This document shows, in pieces, positions 1-9,550 of a stretch of DNA of 64,000 bases. Under the pieces are notes generated by a model. The model saw only the letters and a list, made by a program, of their open reading frames with translations, had not been told where the DNA came from and ran no database searches. Within the stretch, counting starts at the first letter, position 1. Each line of letters begins with the position of its first letter. Both the position numbers and the translations under genes were made by a program. Location: NCBI GenBank assembly GCA_964469495.1, contig CAYXYY010000030.1, positions 10,262-74,261 of the forward strand. Direction: 5' to 3'. The DNA is from an uncultured Planctomycetia bacterium. Its GTDB lineage: Bacteria; Omnitrophota; Gorgyraeia; S143-82.

Positions 1-916
1 GGCCGTTGCTCTGTGCCCATTGTCCCTTTAATATCTTTTTATCGCGCAAATATACATCAACAACCGTATTAACCTTTTTGTTGAGCAGGACCACATCACC
101 CTTATTAAGCGAAACAATTTCCTTCACAGGCATCTTCATCTTATCCAGCACAGCCCTGACAGGGGCAGAGGCAGACAACAATCCCCTACGCCACTTTTCC
201 ACTACCTCGCCTTTTGCTCCTTTAGAGGATTGCCTTGACAAGAGCATAGGGATAACAGGTTCTAATAAATTAATCGGATAACACAAACTCAAGATGCCTT
301 TGGTATCACCAACAGACACATCAAAACAGACTAACAAGACCAATTCATTAGGGGCAAGGACCTGCGCAAAATACGGATTACTCTCCTGATCCACAATCTT
401 GATATTGAAGGAAATAACAGATGACCAGACGTTTTTTAGTTCTGTGGTTATCTTATTTATTATGCGCCTTGCTACAACCCATTCTATCTCCGTAAGCTCT
501 CTATTCTTCACATCGATGGCCTTACCGGATCCTCCCAGCAATCTGTCGATAATGCTAATCAATACACTTGGATTTATCTCTAAAGCCATTTTCCCCTTTA
601 AAGGCGGCAATTCCAGAACGTTAAAACAGGTTGCCATGGGAACTGACAACAAAAACTCCTGATACGTAAGCTGATCAATAGACGAAATAGATACCTCTAT
701 AACGGAGCGAGTATAACCGGCTATGCTAAGGGCAAAGCTGCGCGCAAAAGATTCGTGTAAGGCACGCACCCTCCTTAAACCCTCCTTTGGAAACCTTTCC
801 GGATTTTTAAAATCATATACGCGGGCATTGCGCTTGCGCAGTTCTTCCTGAGTTAATCGCTTGGTGCTTGATAGAAGAGCATTTATCTCTTCCTGAGAAA
901 GTATCTTATCAGGCAT
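1..916 (-). CDS. fliM: Flagellar motor switch protein FliM (3' end runs off the window; absent from the ORF track)
   Basis: Manual translation from ATG at 916: MPDKILSQEEINALL...VYDFKNPERF...LHESFAR...IDQLTYQEF...IIDRLLGG...RELTEIE. LSQEEINALL is the CheY-binding motif. The start overlaps the GH57 stop (ATGCCTGA). Confidence 0.95.
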   Translation of the reverse strand, partial: MPDKILSQEEINALLSSTKRLTQEELRKRNARVYDFKNPERFPKEGLRRVRALHESFARSFALSIAGYTRSVIEVSISSIDQLTYQEFLLSVPMATCFNVLELPPLKGKMALEINPSVLISIIDRLLGGSGKAIDVKNRELTEIEWVVARRIINKITTELKNVWSSVISFNIKIVDQESNPYFAQVLAPNELVLLVCFDVSVGDTKGILSLCYPINLLEPVIPMLLSRQSSKGAKGEVVEKWRRGLLSASAPVRAVLDKMKMPVKEIVSLNKGDVVLLNKKVNTVVDVYLRDKKILKGQWAQSNG

Positions 917-3311
917 ATAATTTCACCCCTATTTTTTCTCCCAATTCTTTCCATAATGGCATTATATCTGGCATAATCCTTTCGCTATGCCGCTTCGTTA
1001 TATTAAAGTATATATTCTGCAACAGCCATATATCAACCTGAATTTTTATGCGGGAGACGACATCTAAAACACGTAACATTTTAGACAAAGACTCATAACT
1101 GACTTGTTCCTGTATAGCCAGGGCCTTTTGCCGTATTCCCTTATCCAACAGGCCCTTTATTTGCCCCACCTCAACAGATATCCCATACATGTCAATATCG
1201 TCTAATACAGAAATGATATGCGTATAATTTTCTTCGTCCATATCGCCATCAGAGATCAAGGCCTTCAGCCGGCCATTTAAAACCTCCTGCAAAACAAGGC
1301 TAAGCCCCGGAGGCAAAATATAATGCAGTTTTCTTAATCCAACAAAAAACAGATGATAAGCGTCATAAAGACTTTCAAAGGTCTCTTCAAACTGAGACAC
1401 GGTATCCTTTACAAGAAAGTCTATTATCTTTCGCCTTTCCTGCAGAAATACACTCTCAAGCGTATAATAGCTATGCCCAAAGTAATTGTCCATGGCGCGC
1501 ACTAATTCCGTCACATTATGTCCCTTAAATGCCCCTTCTACAGCCTCTAAAAACACGTCAAAATATTGTTCATCTATTCCCTGCTTTAGAGAACACCTCA
1601 CATCGTATGCGCCTGTATGCAGAGAGCAAAACTCAAAAGACTCCTCTTTTAGCGTGTTTAGAGACTTAACAAATATCTGTCCGGACGAAATGGAGAAATC
1701 ACTTAAACCGTCTCTAAAAAGTTCCTTTATCTGCGCATAATAACTATATGCCTTTTGTTGGACGGGCAAATCCGGAATAAAGTGCCTGCTTATAACAAAG
1801 TGGGCAGCTGCATCACTAATCGAAACCTCACGCATCTTTGCCATAACAGTATATACATATGCGCCGTCTTTAAATTCCGGGATATTGCTTTTTGCCCTGC
1901 CCAATATAGACAGATATTCCGCCTCTATGTCAGTTCCCAAATCCTTTAAAAGCTCTATCGCTCTGGCAGCATAAGCCAAGATCTGCGTGGCCTCCAATCC
2001 TGATATATCGTCAAAAAACCAACCACAACTCGTAAAAGCGAATAAAGAAAATTTGCAGGCCTCAAGGCCCGTAAATAATCTGACGAGCTCCTGATTAGAC
2101 AATGTTTTATTCAATTCCTTCTGCACCCATTCTTCGTGGTTGCCGAAAAGCATAACGTCTATATAATCCTTCTCCAGCTGAAATGGGTCAACGTCGGTAA
2201 TCTCGGCGGCAGTATTGGAAAAAACCTCTATTGTTTTCTCCCGTAAAAAGTCCATTGCATCGCGTAAAGGCGTGCGCCATTTTTGATTCCAGTCAGGCCC
2301 GCCTCCTATGTGGCATCCACAATCACTACGCCAACGCTCTACGCCGTGAGCGCAGCTCCAAGCAGTCCTTTCCTTAACGTCTACTTCAAAATCGACCCCG
2401 TATAAATCCAAAAACTCCGCATAGTTCAATAACTTAAAATCAGACTCTTTTATCCTCTTTATAGTATATGCCAAGGCCATTTCAGCAAACTTATGGTGAT
2501 GGCCATAAGTCTCTCCGTCAGTTGCGACATTCAGGAGCAATGCATCGACCTCTCCCAGAGGGAATTCAGCGCTGGCAACAGAGGCAAGCCTATTAAAGAA
2601 GGCCTCTCCGCTATTTAGAATGCCTGCGAAGGCAACGTCCTGCGCAATAGGGCCGTCATAGAAAAATAAAACAATACTCTTGCCTCCGGGCAAACGGCAT
2701 AAGTAAGGCACCCGGCCATCAATAGCAGAATCCACATCCTTCCAATGGCCTTTTAGTCTTCTAAATCTCTTGGCCTGATACGGAGATAAAATAGTAAATT
2801 TCAAACCATAATCAGCCAACACCTCCAACGTCTCTATATCAACCGCTGTTTCAGCAAGCCACATCCCTTCTGGATCTCTGTGGAAATGGCTGCGAAAGTC
2901 ATCTATACCCCATTTAATCTGAAGTTCTTTGTCCCTCCGCGTCGCCAACGGCATAATAATATGGTTATAAACCTGCGCAATGGCATTTCCATGGCCATGG
3001 TGTTGTTTTATACTCTTGGTATCTGCCTGAACAATCGCCTCGTATACATCCTGCTCATGTCTTTTAAGCCAACGCATCAGCGTTGGGCCGAAATTAAAAC
3101 TGATGTGCTCATAATTATTCATTATATCGATTATTTTACCTTCAGAATCCATAAGACGGGCAGCTGTATTAGGACGATAGCATTCTGCCGTTATTCGCTG
3201 GTTCCAGTCGTGATATGGATAAGCAGAATCCTGACGTTCTACGACGTCCAGCCATGGATTTTCTCTCGGCGGTTGATAAAAATGCCCATGCAGGCAAATA
3301 CACCTCTGCAT
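909..3311 (-). CDS. Glycoside hydrolase family 57 / DUF3536 protein (alpha-glucan metabolism)
   Basis: GH57 motifs HGHFYQPPRENPW, GMWLAET, ATDGETYGHH, WSCAHGVERW, FTSCGWFFDD. Confidence 0.9.
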   Translation of the reverse strand: MQRCICLHGHFYQPPRENPWLDVVERQDSAYPYHDWNQRITAECYRPNTAARLMDSEGKIIDIMNNYEHISFNFGPTLMRWLKRHEQDVYEAIVQADTKSIKQHHGHGNAIAQVYNHIIMPLATRRDKELQIKWGIDDFRSHFHRDPEGMWLAETAVDIETLEVLADYGLKFTILSPYQAKRFRRLKGHWKDVDSAIDGRVPYLCRLPGGKSIVLFFYDGPIAQDVAFAGILNSGEAFFNRLASVASAEFPLGEVDALLLNVATDGETYGHHHKFAEMALAYTIKRIKESDFKLLNYAEFLDLYGVDFEVDVKERTAWSCAHGVERWRSDCGCHIGGGPDWNQKWRTPLRDAMDFLREKTIEVFSNTAAEITDVDPFQLEKDYIDVMLFGNHEEWVQKELNKTLSNQELVRLFTGLEACKFSLFAFTSCGWFFDDISGLEATQILAYAARAIELLKDLGTDIEAEYLSILGRAKSNIPEFKDGAYVYTVMAKMREVSISDAAAHFVISRHFIPDLPVQQKAYSYYAQIKELFRDGLSDFSISSGQIFVKSLNTLKEESFEFCSLHTGAYDVRCSLKQGIDEQYFDVFLEAVEGAFKGHNVTELVRAMDNYFGHSYYTLESVFLQERRKIIDFLVKDTVSQFEETFESLYDAYHLFFVGLRKLHYILPPGLSLVLQEVLNGRLKALISDGDMDEENYTHIISVLDDIDMYGISVEVGQIKGLLDKGIRQKALAIQEQVSYESLSKMLRVLDVVSRIKIQVDIWLLQNIYFNITKRHSERIMPDIMPLWKELGEKIGVKLYA

Positions 3312-3330
3312 TTATGCGCCCCTTTCTATC

Positions 3331-3687
3331 CTATTTTTTGAGATATAAAAACCGCTCCGATCTGGCATACTGGCCTTCATGCCAAGATATCGTTATGAGA
3401 CACCTCTGCAACTGGCCATCCTTTATGCCGTCTAATTCTGCCGGCGTTTGCGAAATAGCCCACGAATACCTGCCACTTGATCCTGTTGCAGGAACATTTT
3501 CTCCTGATTTTATCCTTTCTATGAGCTCCTGCCCAAGTTCAGCGACCTCCACCCATGCCTTGGCCCTGCTGTTGTGTTTCATCCCGGCAGAAAATGCAGG
3601 TAAAAGCCCCACGATACCAATAACCAAAATGGCGCCGGCAATCATTACCTCTAAAAGACTAAAACCACGTTTAGGCATATATGCCAC
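3331..3687 (-). CDS. Small prepilin-type (PilV/GspI-like) protein
   Basis: Class III signal KRG|FSLLEVM followed by a hydrophobic helix; 118 aa. Confidence 0.85.
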   Translation of the reverse strand: MAYMPKRGFSLLEVMIAGAILVIGIVGLLPAFSAGMKHNSRAKAWVEVAELGQELIERIKSGENVPATGSSGRYSWAISQTPAELDGIKDGQLQRCLITISWHEGQYARSERFLYLKK

Positions 3688-3771
3688 CTTTGTTTTTTAT
3701 TTCTCTTATTATACTTGATATACGGGCTGAAAGGAAAAGAAAAAATCACAACACACAACAAATAAGACGAC

Positions 3772-4947
3772 TCACACGTGAGACAACAAACCACCCATTC
3801 GATCCACTATATCTCCCAAAAGGCCTGCATCCTTGTCTAACATATTCCCCCTTATTAAAACAGGCTCAAAAAATTCCGCGCGCAGACTTGACAACATATT
3901 TCTTAATTGCTCTGCCCCGCGTCCGCCCCAGCCGTAAGAAAATACACTCGCCACAACCTTTGCTTTCGGCCTTAAGGCATTTGTAAGATATGCGGCATAT
4001 ACAACCGCAGGATGCATACCGGCCAACACATAAGGCGATGCAAAAACCAGCGCCCCTGCATCAACCAATTCCATGGCGAATTGCCCGACATCTGACACAG
4101 ACAAGTTAACAGGAACCACAGTCATGCCCTTCTTAATAAGATTACTCGTCAAGACATCCACTATCCTCTGCGTGCTCCCATGCATTGAGACATAGGCAAT
4201 AACCACCTTTTTGTTCACCGAATCGGAAACCCAATCTCTATATGCATCTATTATCAAAGATGGCCTATCATAAACAGGCCCATGACTGGGCGCAATTTTA
4301 TCGATTGCCAACAGAGACAATTTCTCCAGATTCTTTTTTATCTGCTGACGGAAAGGCATCATTATCTCTGCATAATACCTTTTTGCATCCTGCAAAACCT
4401 TGCATTCATCTTCTACATATAGATTGCTCGCCGCCCTATGAGAACCAAAGAAATCACAAGAAAACAAAATTTTTTCCTCCTGCAAATAAGTGGACATCGT
4501 CTCAGGCCAGTGCACCCATGGCGTATAGATAAATTTCAACGTCATGCCGCCTAAATCCAATTCTTCCCCGTCATGGACTTCAATAAATTTCTCTTCAGGT
4601 ATGTGGAGCAGGTCCATTAAAAAACCTTTACACTTAGGATTGGTTATCACCTCTGCCATTGGATATCTTTCCAATACCGCAGGAATGGCTCCGGAATGGT
4701 CTTGTTCTGCATGATTGGCAACCACAAAATCCAGACTCGAAATATCAAGCTCGTTTAGATTCAAAAAAAGTTCTTTTTGTTTCGCAGGATCAACAGCATC
4801 TATCAAAACGGTTTTTACGCGGCCCCTGAGAAGGTAGGCATTATAACTCGTCCCGTCGGGCAAAGGGATAAGCTCATCAAAAATCTGTCTATCCCAGTCA
4901 ATTGCCCCAACAGAAAAAACATCCTTTGATAACTGGCGGACAGCCAT
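3772..4947 (-). CDS. fprA: Flavodiiron protein (FprA / A-type flavoprotein)
   Basis: GTSYNAYL, NHAEQDHSG, HWPET, SCDFFG, APSHG, C-terminal flavodoxin (YVSMHGST, SYGWGG). The likely start MAVRQL at 4947 overlaps the rubredoxin stop. Confidence 0.93.
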   Translation of the reverse strand: MAVRQLSKDVFSVGAIDWDRQIFDELIPLPDGTSYNAYLLRGRVKTVLIDAVDPAKQKELFLNLNELDISSLDFVVANHAEQDHSGAIPAVLERYPMAEVITNPKCKGFLMDLLHIPEEKFIEVHDGEELDLGGMTLKFIYTPWVHWPETMSTYLQEEKILFSCDFFGSHRAASNLYVEDECKVLQDAKRYYAEIMMPFRQQIKKNLEKLSLLAIDKIAPSHGPVYDRPSLIIDAYRDWVSDSVNKKVVIAYVSMHGSTQRIVDVLTSNLIKKGMTVVPVNLSVSDVGQFAMELVDAGALVFASPYVLAGMHPAVVYAAYLTNALRPKAKVVASVFSYGWGGRGAEQLRNMLSSLRAEFFEPVLIRGNMLDKDAGLLGDIVDRMGGLLSHV

Positions 4948-5105
4948 CAAACCTCCTCGAACTGGTCTTTCCCAACACCGCAGACAGGACAAACCCAATC
5001 ATCAGCAATAGCTTCAAAAGGCGTGCCCGGCGATATGCCGCCATCAGGATCGCCTTTTTCGGGATCGTAAATATAATCACAAACAATACACCTATATCGC
5101 TTCAT
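4947..5105 (-). CDS. Rubredoxin (52 aa)
   Basis: [15 protein letters not shown]...[16 protein letters not shown]; two CxxC motifs; ATG at 5105 with SD AGGGG. Confidence 0.95.
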   Translation of the reverse strand: MKRYRCIVCDYIYDPEKGDPDGGISPGTPFEAIADDWVCPVCGVGKDQFEEV

Positions 5106-5141
5106 AAAATCCCCTTTGTTAATAGACCGGATTTTAACACA

Positions 5142-5170
5142 AGAAAAGGCCTTAATAAAAGGCCTTTTCT
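5142..5170 (-). terminator. Hairpin, probable intrinsic terminator downstream of hcp
   Basis: Perfect 12-bp inverted repeat AGAAAAGGCCTT-AATAA-AAGGCCTTTTCT. Confidence 0.6.
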
Positions 5171-5198
5171 CGTTTCTGCAAAAAACAAAACACAATAA

Positions 5199-6500
5199 TT
5201 ACACGTTCACACTTCCAAGTATGGATTGTATATCTTCGTCAGCCGTTGATATCAACTTAAGATCATACTTGTCCACCAAAACCTTAAGTATTGCATCGTC
5301 AACCCATGCAGGTTTAATCGGCCCAAGATATATCCCTTTGATGTTCAGGGAAAGCAGCGTCCACAAGATAGCAACTGCCTTTTGTTCCATCCAAGAAACA
5401 ATCAAGTTCACAGGCAGGTCGTTAACACCAACATTGAACAAGTCTGCCAAGGCCGAAACGATCTCTATTGCATCTATGGCATCATTGCACTGGCCCAAAT
5501 CAATGAGACGAGGTATACCTTCGATCTCTCCCAAGTCCATATCATTAAATCTGAATTTACCACAAGCAAGTGTCAAAATAACCGTATCTTTTGGCAATTT
5601 CTCAACAAACTCTCTATAATATTGGGACATCTTAAATGGCGTGTCGCATCCCCCAACCAAGAAGAAGTTTCTAATCTTTCCTGCCTCCACCAGAGACTTT
5701 ATCTTATCAGCCAATCCAAGAACCGTGCCAGCGGAAAAACCTGTGGTGATAAAACGCTCCTCTTCTTCTTGAAGTTCAGGCAAAGACAAGGCCTTTTCTA
5801 TTACTGCAGAATAATCGTAATTATCTATATGAGGAACATCGGGAAGCCCCGCTATTCCGCACGTAAAAATCCTGTCTTTATAAGATTTATCCGGAATAAG
5901 CACGCAGTTAGAGGTCCCCAATATAGCCGCTTCGTATTTCTTAAACAGGGCCTTTTGATCATGCCATGCCCCGCCAAGGTTTCCGGCTAAATGTTTGAAC
6001 TTTTTCAGCTCAGGATAACCATGCGCAGGAAGCATTTCCGAATGCGTATAGACGTTAATACCCTTACCCTCTGTCTGTTTTAATAACTCGTAAAGGGCCT
6101 TTAGATTATGTCCTGTCACTATAATGGCCTTGCCCTTAACAGCCGAGGCGCGCACCTTCGTTGGAACAGGCTGGCCAAAGGCCTTTACATGAGCCTCTTT
6201 GAGCATCTTCATGGCCTTGAGATTTATCTGCCCTGCCTTCAGAGATAAGTCGATAAATCGCGCAATGTCAAAATTGACGTTAGTCAGCGTGGAATACAAG
6301 GCCTCCGCAAAAAACTCATTTATCTCATCATCAGAAGCTCCTAACTCCCTTGCATGAAAGGAATAAGCAGCTATCCCCTTTAACGCAAAAATCAGATTAT
6401 CCTGTAAATGCGCCAACACAGGGTCCTTGCCACAAACCCCATACTTTGTGCAGCCTTCTCCGTTTACTGTCTGAGAACACTGAAAACAAAACATATCCAT
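5199..6500 (-). CDS. hcp: Hybrid cluster protein (hydroxylamine reductase), short form of about 433 aa
   Basis: MFCFQCSQT...[46 protein letters not shown]. Start at 6500 follows SD GGAGG. Confidence 0.95.
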   Translation of the reverse strand: MDMFCFQCSQTVNGEGCTKYGVCGKDPVLAHLQDNLIFALKGIAAYSFHARELGASDDEINEFFAEALYSTLTNVNFDIARFIDLSLKAGQINLKAMKMLKEAHVKAFGQPVPTKVRASAVKGKAIIVTGHNLKALYELLKQTEGKGINVYTHSEMLPAHGYPELKKFKHLAGNLGGAWHDQKALFKKYEAAILGTSNCVLIPDKSYKDRIFTCGIAGLPDVPHIDNYDYSAVIEKALSLPELQEEEERFITTGFSAGTVLGLADKIKSLVEAGKIRNFFLVGGCDTPFKMSQYYREFVEKLPKDTVILTLACGKFRFNDMDLGEIEGIPRLIDLGQCNDAIDAIEIVSALADLFNVGVNDLPVNLIVSWMEQKAVAILWTLLSLNIKGIYLGPIKPAWVDDAILKVLVDKYDLKLISTADEDIQSILGSVNV

Positions 6501-6542
6501 ATCAACACCTCCATTTTTAGTTGTTTTTACCCCCCCCAATAT

Positions 6543-6563
6543 TTTGTTAGAACTACTAACAAA
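6543..6563. promoter_or_regulatory. Candidate MarR operator between hcp and marR
   Basis: Perfect palindrome TTTGTTAG-AACTA-CTAACAAA; related site ATTAG-GTCTG-ATAAT at 6664-6678. Confidence 0.55.
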
Positions 6564-6695
6564 TGAAATAATTATATTGACTTTTATACAATTTGTCAAT
6601 AATAATATATACATATATGAAAGCGGCAAGAAAAATGTAAGCATTGATAACTATCTTATAAAGATTAGGTCTGATAATAAAAAAATGAGGGAAGC

Positions 6696-7265
6696 ATGGA
6701 AGAGAAGATTGCGTTCTTATTGGAAAAGATATGTCTCGTGCACAAAAATCTGTTGTGGAAAATAGCCTCGGATGAAAAGCTGACGCCTACGCAGATTGAA
6801 ATAATATTTTTAATAGCATCTACTCGGCCAGAAAAGGCATTGACTTCGATAATCGCAAAAGAGCTCGGCCTTACCAAGCCGACTATCAGTGAATCGGTAA
6901 AATCTCTGAAATCCAAGGGAGTTGTCACAACTATGGCTCTTGGCGATAAAAGAAAACATGCGATCTTGCTTACGCCAAAAGGCAAGAAGATATTTCAAAA
7001 ACTAAGCAAACTTACGCAAACAACGAAAAGGTTTTTCAAGTCCGTTTCCAGTGAAAAACAGGAACTGTTGTTCGAAGTGCTTTTTGATTTTATTCAATAC
7101 CTGAGAGATAAAGGCCTTCTTACGAGATTGCGTGTTTGCCCGTTTTGCGGGAATCTACATTACAATAAACAATTAAAGGAATATTTTTGTTATCTTTCTT
7201 TAAAACCAATTACGTACAAGACAATGCAGACGAATTGCCCTGAATACGAAGAACCGTTGGCATAA
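6696..7265 (+). CDS. MarR-family transcriptional regulator with C-terminal four-Cys motif
   Basis: LTPTQIEII, IAKELGLTKPTISESVKSL (wHTH), DKR..ILLTPKG; C-terminal CPFC...C...NCPEY. Confidence 0.88.
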   Translation: MEEKIAFLLEKICLVHKNLLWKIASDEKLTPTQIEIIFLIASTRPEKALTSIIAKELGLTKPTISESVKSLKSKGVVTTMALGDKRKHAILLTPKGKKIFQKLSKLTQTTKRFFKSVSSEKQELLFEVLFDFIQYLRDKGLLTRLRVCPFCGNLHYNKQLKEYFCYLSLKPITYKTMQTNCPEYEEPLA

Positions 7266-7268
7266 AGG

Positions 7269-7910
7269 CTATTTAAAGACCTCTCCTGCCTGTTTATACC
7301 AAAACAAGAGGTCCAAATCTGCCATAGGAATGCCTGTTTTCTCGGAAAAGGCCATCATCTTATCCTCTATCTCCAGATATATGCTTTTTGTAAGACTATT
7401 GGGCACCCCTTTTATTACGCCAAATCTATGCAGGTTTTTCAGTATATGCCTGTCAAGTATAGCCAGCTCCAACCCTATACCTATGTTCCTCAAAAAATGG
7501 CTCGCCTCTTTTAATCCGAGCCCCTTGACATCCTTAACCAGATTTATTCTTATCTGTTTTGGAGAACCGGTGAGATACTTCTTCCAGCTAAATTCCGGAG
7601 ATAGAAAACGCTGTCTTGCCAAAATCAGGTATCGAGACTTATTAAAACGAAAACGCACAGGCCTTATGCCTTGCGCTATTTCTAACGCGTTTGCATTCCA
7701 CAACAGATTATTTCTATCCAAAAATTCCACGGCCTCCCAGCAGGCCTTGGCCTTTGACTGAGGCGTAAAAAGGCAAAATACAAGCTCCTTAAATATCCTT
7801 CTATCGTCCGCTGACTTCAAAAATCCCTGAAATTCCCTTACCCTTGACTGGATTTCATCCTTGATCTGCCTGTATAATTCAATCAGGTCATCCTGTTCTC
7901 TTGCTGCCAT
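7269..7910 (-). CDS. ogg: 8-oxoguanine DNA glycosylase/AP lyase (Ogg, archaeal/Thermotoga type)
   Basis: ELVFCLFTPQS, RFRFNKSRY, HhH motif VKGLGLKEASHFLRNIG, ILDRH, C-terminal WY...GEVFK. Confidence 0.9.
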   Translation of the reverse strand: MAAREQDDLIELYRQIKDEIQSRVREFQGFLKSADDRRIFKELVFCLFTPQSKAKACWEAVEFLDRNNLLWNANALEIAQGIRPVRFRFNKSRYLILARQRFLSPEFSWKKYLTGSPKQIRINLVKDVKGLGLKEASHFLRNIGIGLELAILDRHILKNLHRFGVIKGVPNSLTKSIYLEIEDKMMAFSEKTGIPMADLDLLFWYKQAGEVFK

Positions 7911-8670
7911 GATAATACTTTGCCGCTTCTTTTAATACAAACTCATTTACCAGCGTGTATCTTCTCCCGTCTATTTCCACATACGCGCCCTCATATGGAG
8001 GATACCAAAAGGCCCGAATCTTTCTCTCTATCTCTTCTTGACTATCTTTATTTGTTATCCTCCTAATCCTTTCAAATTCAGACCTATCGATATACCTGCC
8101 ATTGCCTTGTTTACGTCTTGGCACGCCGGACTTCTTTAGTTTAAATTCCAACATAACTTCCTTAAACAGTTCCAACAGATAATCCTGTGTTGTTTGCTCA
8201 AGAGAAAAGGCAGTTAACTCTTCGGAATTTATAGGGAATCTATTTACTTTAATTATATCCCCAGTGTCAAAATCCTGATCAACAAAATGCGCAGAGACGC
8301 CCCATTCTTTCAGTTTTTCGTATATCGCTATATTATAACCGCCAACCCCCCTAAAATCAGGCAAAGGCGCAGGATGAAAATTAATACACCCATATTTCGG
8401 TCCGGTAATGAGTGGCTCTTTTATTTTTTCCCAGAACAGATAAGACACAACCAGATCAACACCCCGCACTTTTTGCAATTCTTCATAAATCAAATCTTCT
8501 GACACTATTTTTATGTTATGTTTCTTCACTGTGTCTTTTAATGGATTGTGCCAGTGCAGTCTTTTATCCTCTAAAATAGCGCAGACAAACAGGACATTAA
8601 ACCCCTGCTCTATCAGAAATTCCAAGGCAAGACTTGCCCCCGGTTTTTTACCTAAAAAAATAACATCCAT
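7888..8670 (-). CDS. Formyl-THF-dependent formyltransferase, possibly a sugar-nucleotide N-formyltransferase
   Basis: CINFHPAPLPDFRG, GVSAHFVD..FDTGDII; immediately downstream of rmlD. Confidence 0.8.
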   Translation of the reverse strand: MDVIFLGKKPGASLALEFLIEQGFNVLFVCAILEDKRLHWHNPLKDTVKKHNIKIVSEDLIYEELQKVRGVDLVVSYLFWEKIKEPLITGPKYGCINFHPAPLPDFRGVGGYNIAIYEKLKEWGVSAHFVDQDFDTGDIIKVNRFPINSEELTAFSLEQTTQDYLLELFKEVMLEFKLKKSGVPRRKQGNGRYIDRSEFERIRRITNKDSQEEIERKIRAFWYPPYEGAYVEIDGRRYTLVNEFVLKEAAKYYHGSKRTG

Positions 8671-8689
8671 AATCTATCCTCACTTATGC

Positions 8690-9550
8690 TTAATCTCCCC
8701 GCAAACTATCCCCTAAAAAATCTCTCACTGCCTCTTGCCAAGGACGCATTGTAATGCCTTTCTTAGAGGCAAGCGGGCTCCATACGGGCCGTCTCGCTTT
8801 TGTTGGAAATTCACTTGAACTTACAGGCAGGATACTCGCGCGCAAGCCAACAGCTGAAATTATCTCTGATGCAAACTCATACCATGAGCATATCCCGCTG
8901 TTGACGACGTGGTATATACCATATTCCCTGTCTGAAAGCGCGATATCCCAAATCATACCTGCTGCGTCTAACGCATATGTGGGACTCATAAAGATGTCGT
9001 TGACTACGTTGACAGTCTTCCTTTCCTTTGCCAGTTTTAGCATGGTATAGACGAAATTTCCGCCTTTGCCCATTGCCCCGGCCTTTCCGTATAGGCTCGC
9101 CAAACGCACTATGTAATGCCTCTGGCAATAACTCTGAGCAAATAACTCACCGGCATATTTTGATATGCCGTATGTGTTTATAGGCGCAGGGCAATCGTCT
9201 TCAAAATACGGCTCCTTTTTGCTGACTTTCCCTCCGTCAAACACATAATCTGTGCTTATATGCACGAGCCTTGCGCCGCATAACTGCGCGGCAATACTTA
9301 CGTGCTTCACGCCTATCGCATTCACATTCATCGCCAAATCAACATTCTCTTCTGCATCGTCTACCCTTGTGTAAGCGGCCGTATTGATAATTAGGTCCGG
9401 AGCCTGTTCTTTTATAATAGACAAAACAGAGGCCTGATGAGTGATATCCAAATCGTCTTGGGTAAGGCCTGTCAATGACACATCATCCGGGCATGTCCTC
9501 TTTAGGTCCGTTCCAAGTTGTCCGTCAACGCCTATCAAAAGCGCCTTCAT
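8690..9550 (-). CDS. rfbD: dTDP-4-dehydrorhamnose reductase
   Basis: GVDGQLG, NTAAYTRVD, HISTDYVFDG, YGISK. Confidence 0.95.
   Translation of the reverse strand: MKALLIGVDGQLGTDLKRTCPDDVSLTGLTQDDLDITHQASVLSIIKEQAPDLIINTAAYTRVDDAEENVDLAMNVNAIGVKHVSIAAQLCGARLVHISTDYVFDGGKVSKKEPYFEDDCPAPINTYGISKYAGELFAQSYCQRHYIVRLASLYGKAGAMGKGGNFVYTMLKLAKERKTVNVVNDIFMSPTYALDAAGMIWDIALSDREYGIYHVVNSGICSWYEFASEIISAVGLRASILPVSSSEFPTKARRPVWSPLASKKGITMRPWQEAVRDFLGDSLRGD

Noticed and set aside
4945-4949. TGA at the rubredoxin/fprA junction as selenocysteine or read-through
   Set aside because: Ordinary TGATG stop-start overlap in different frames; both proteins are complete
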